Part shown: piece after piece, positions 62,495 to 64,000 of the stretch
Layout: every line of letters begins with the position of its first letter
Position numbering within the stretch: the first letter of the stretch is position 1
Origin: an uncultured virus (IMG/VR IMGVR_UViG_3300026382_000273)
Lineage: Duplodnaviria > Heunggongvirae > Uroviricota > Caudoviricetes
Direction: 5' to 3' (one strand)
DNA: 64,000 bases
IMG/VR virus record: IMGVR_UViG_3300026382_000273
Program-made: the position numbers and the translations under genes
The notes under the pieces: generated by a model
What the model saw: only the letters and a program-made list of their open reading frames with translations
What the model was told of the DNA's origin: nothing
The model's database searches: none

Positions 62495-63075
62495 TTAATT
62501 AAATAAATTAATTTCTTTTAATTCTTTTTTTAAATTATTATCTTTTAATTTTTCTAATATATTTTTATATTTTTGTATTTGATATTTTAATTTTTCAATT
62601 TTAGATTTAATTTTTTCTTTTAGTATATATGTATCATCATTTAATAATTTTTTCAAAACAACTTCATTATAATATCTTAAATCATAAATTTCTTTATCTT
62701 TATTATAGCTAAAAATAAAATCGAATTCATCTTCATTTAAAATTTTTTTTAATTTAGTTTTATATTCTTTTAGAAATTCTAATTGTAAAATATAATCTTT
62801 ATTTATTTTGTTTATAAAATATATAAATAAAAATATTGATAATATTGGAATGCTTATAGCTAAAATTTTTGATATTGTATATGATATTACAGTTATTATT
62901 GCAGTTATTGCAAAAAATAATATTGTAAATAATGAAATATATGTTTCTTTGTCTTCTGTTAAATAAAATTTAAATTTTAATTTTTCGTAATTTTGATATA
63001 TTTTATTTAATTCAGGTAATATATTCTTTATTTTATTATTTAAATTTTTCAAATATTGTTCTTTTTTTTATACAT
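62495..63075 (-). CDS. Two-helix membrane protein; probable true ATG at 63075, out of frame by 1 nt at an A8 tract
   Basis: AAAGGA RBS precedes ATG 63075; adding one base at 63062-63069 joins it to ORF 62495..63052. Confidence 0.55.
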
Positions 63076-63189
63076 TTTAAATTCCTTTTAGAAAATTTTT
63101 TTATTTTAACATAAAATTTTTATATAACAAAAAAAATTAAGTTTTTTTTAAGTTTAACTTGGTATAATTATATTAACTAAATTAAAGGA

Positions 63190-63396
63190 GTGCTGATGCA
63201 ATGGGAAAAAATAGAAAAACATATTCCAGATAACAAAATTCAAGAAGTAAAGAAACTTTTTGAGGAAATATTAGCGATTAAAAGCTTAGAAACAGAAGAA
63301 ATTTTTACTTTTTTAAGCAGTGAATTATGGGAAGCATTTTCTTTTGAGCAAATTGAAAGACAAAAAAATAAAAATAAAGGAATGGAAAATGCTTGA
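63190..63396 (+). CDS. Hypothetical protein
   Basis: TGGTATAAT promoter and AAGGAG RBS. Confidence 0.6.
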   Translation: MLMQWEKIEKHIPDNKIQEVKKLFEEILAIKSLETEEIFTFLSSELWEAFSFEQIERQKNKNKGMENA

Positions 63397-63829
63397 AATA
63401 ATTGATAAAAAAGTTCTAAAAATAATTGGTGAAAGACCAAAAAAAATATCCAAACAAGATATGAAATATATTCTTAAAGTAAAAGATCCAATTACTGGAG
63501 AAATTCTTAAAGAACATATTATTGATTATAAAACTTATGTTATATATAAGAATAATAAAAACTACGAAATTGAAATAAGTCCAGAAAGTCTTAAACAACA
63601 AGAAGAAATAGAAAAGCAACAAGAACAATATGATCAAAAATATAAAAAAATATATGAAAAGCTAGAAAAAGAAATGCACATAGATGAAAAAATGAAAAGA
63701 AATATTCAAAGAATTATTGAAACAATAAATGATTGGATTGATATTTATGATTATAAAGAAGATGATACAAGTCTTAAAAAAGAACTTGAAGAAGTAATTA
63801 TTGAAGTAATTAATTCATATCAAAAATAA
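63389..63829 (+). CDS. Hypothetical protein
   Basis: ATG at 63389 overlaps the upstream stop, with AAAGGA RBS (track start 63320). Confidence 0.62.
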   Translation: MLEIIDKKVLKIIGERPKKISKQDMKYILKVKDPITGEILKEHIIDYKTYVIYKNNKNYEIEISPESLKQQEEIEKQQEQYDQKYKKIYEKLEKEMHIDEKMKRNIQRIIETINDWIDIYDYKEDDTSLKKELEEVIIEVINSYQK

Positions 63830-63901
63830 TTCTTTTTTATTAAAAAATTTAAAATATTTTTGGTGTGATAATATTAGTAAAATTTAATAAAAGGAATATA
63901 A

Positions 63902-64000
63902 TGTTTTTAAATACAAAAAAAATAGAAGAAATTATACAAAGAAAACTTGAAATTCCAAAAGGAAAAATTAATATTGTAAAAGAAATAACTGTAAATAAAC
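63902..64000 (+). CDS. Partial hypothetical protein (runs off the window)
   Basis: AAAGGA RBS and ATG; frame open to the end. Confidence 0.55.

Noticed and set aside
3384..63637. Antisense or overlapping ORFs (3384, 14366, 14777, 37595, 37614, 38032, 40862, 46199, 49011, 50503, 52464, 55957, 56307, 58418, 63240, 63416)
   Set aside because: Shadows of well-supported genes, mostly with Phe/Ile/Leu-rich antisense composition and no RBS.
1..64000. tRNA, rRNA or Y RNA genes
   Set aside because: No intergenic segment shows a cloverleaf, T-loop (GTTCGA) context or sufficient GC; a covariance scan was not possible.
1..64000. Stop-codon reassignment
   Set aside because: Conserved genes are full length in the standard bacterial code; breaks are frameshifts or isolated TAA codons in one decayed gene.

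Overview
Very AT-rich DNA (about 20% GC by eye, not computed) made mostly of single genes. Many carry a TGnTATAAT extended -10 and an AAAGGA RBS, a signal style typical of Campylobacterota; the NrdA is also of Campylobacter type. I found no ribosomal, rRNA, tRNA, central-metabolism or virion structural genes. The recognisable cargo is typical of a large mobile replicon (megaplasmid or jumbo phage; inferred): HerA/VirB4-like ATPase, RecD2, DnaJ, DNA methyltransferases, MazG-like hydrolase, AAA ATPase, PcfJ-like proteins, intein-containing NrdA, an RpoD-like sigma factor, TROVE/Ro60 and a minimal CCA-type nucleotidyltransferase. Two patterns are missed by the ORF track. (1) A four-copy IS200/IS605-derived family: one 413-bp internally deleted tnpB element that keeps its promoter, both ends and the omegaRNA region, plus three 80-111 bp end-to-end miniatures, all directly 3' of TTTAT. 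(2) A Ter stress-response gene set (AIM24, TerB, PRTase-TRSP, HAD, citrate-lyase-like, TerD, DUF475) scattered over about 49 kb instead of forming an operon. Several pseudogenes or frameshifted genes are also present (GGDEF, C5 methyltransferase, PcfJ-like, an nrdD-like stump). All family assignments come from motif recognition by eye; no database searches were run.
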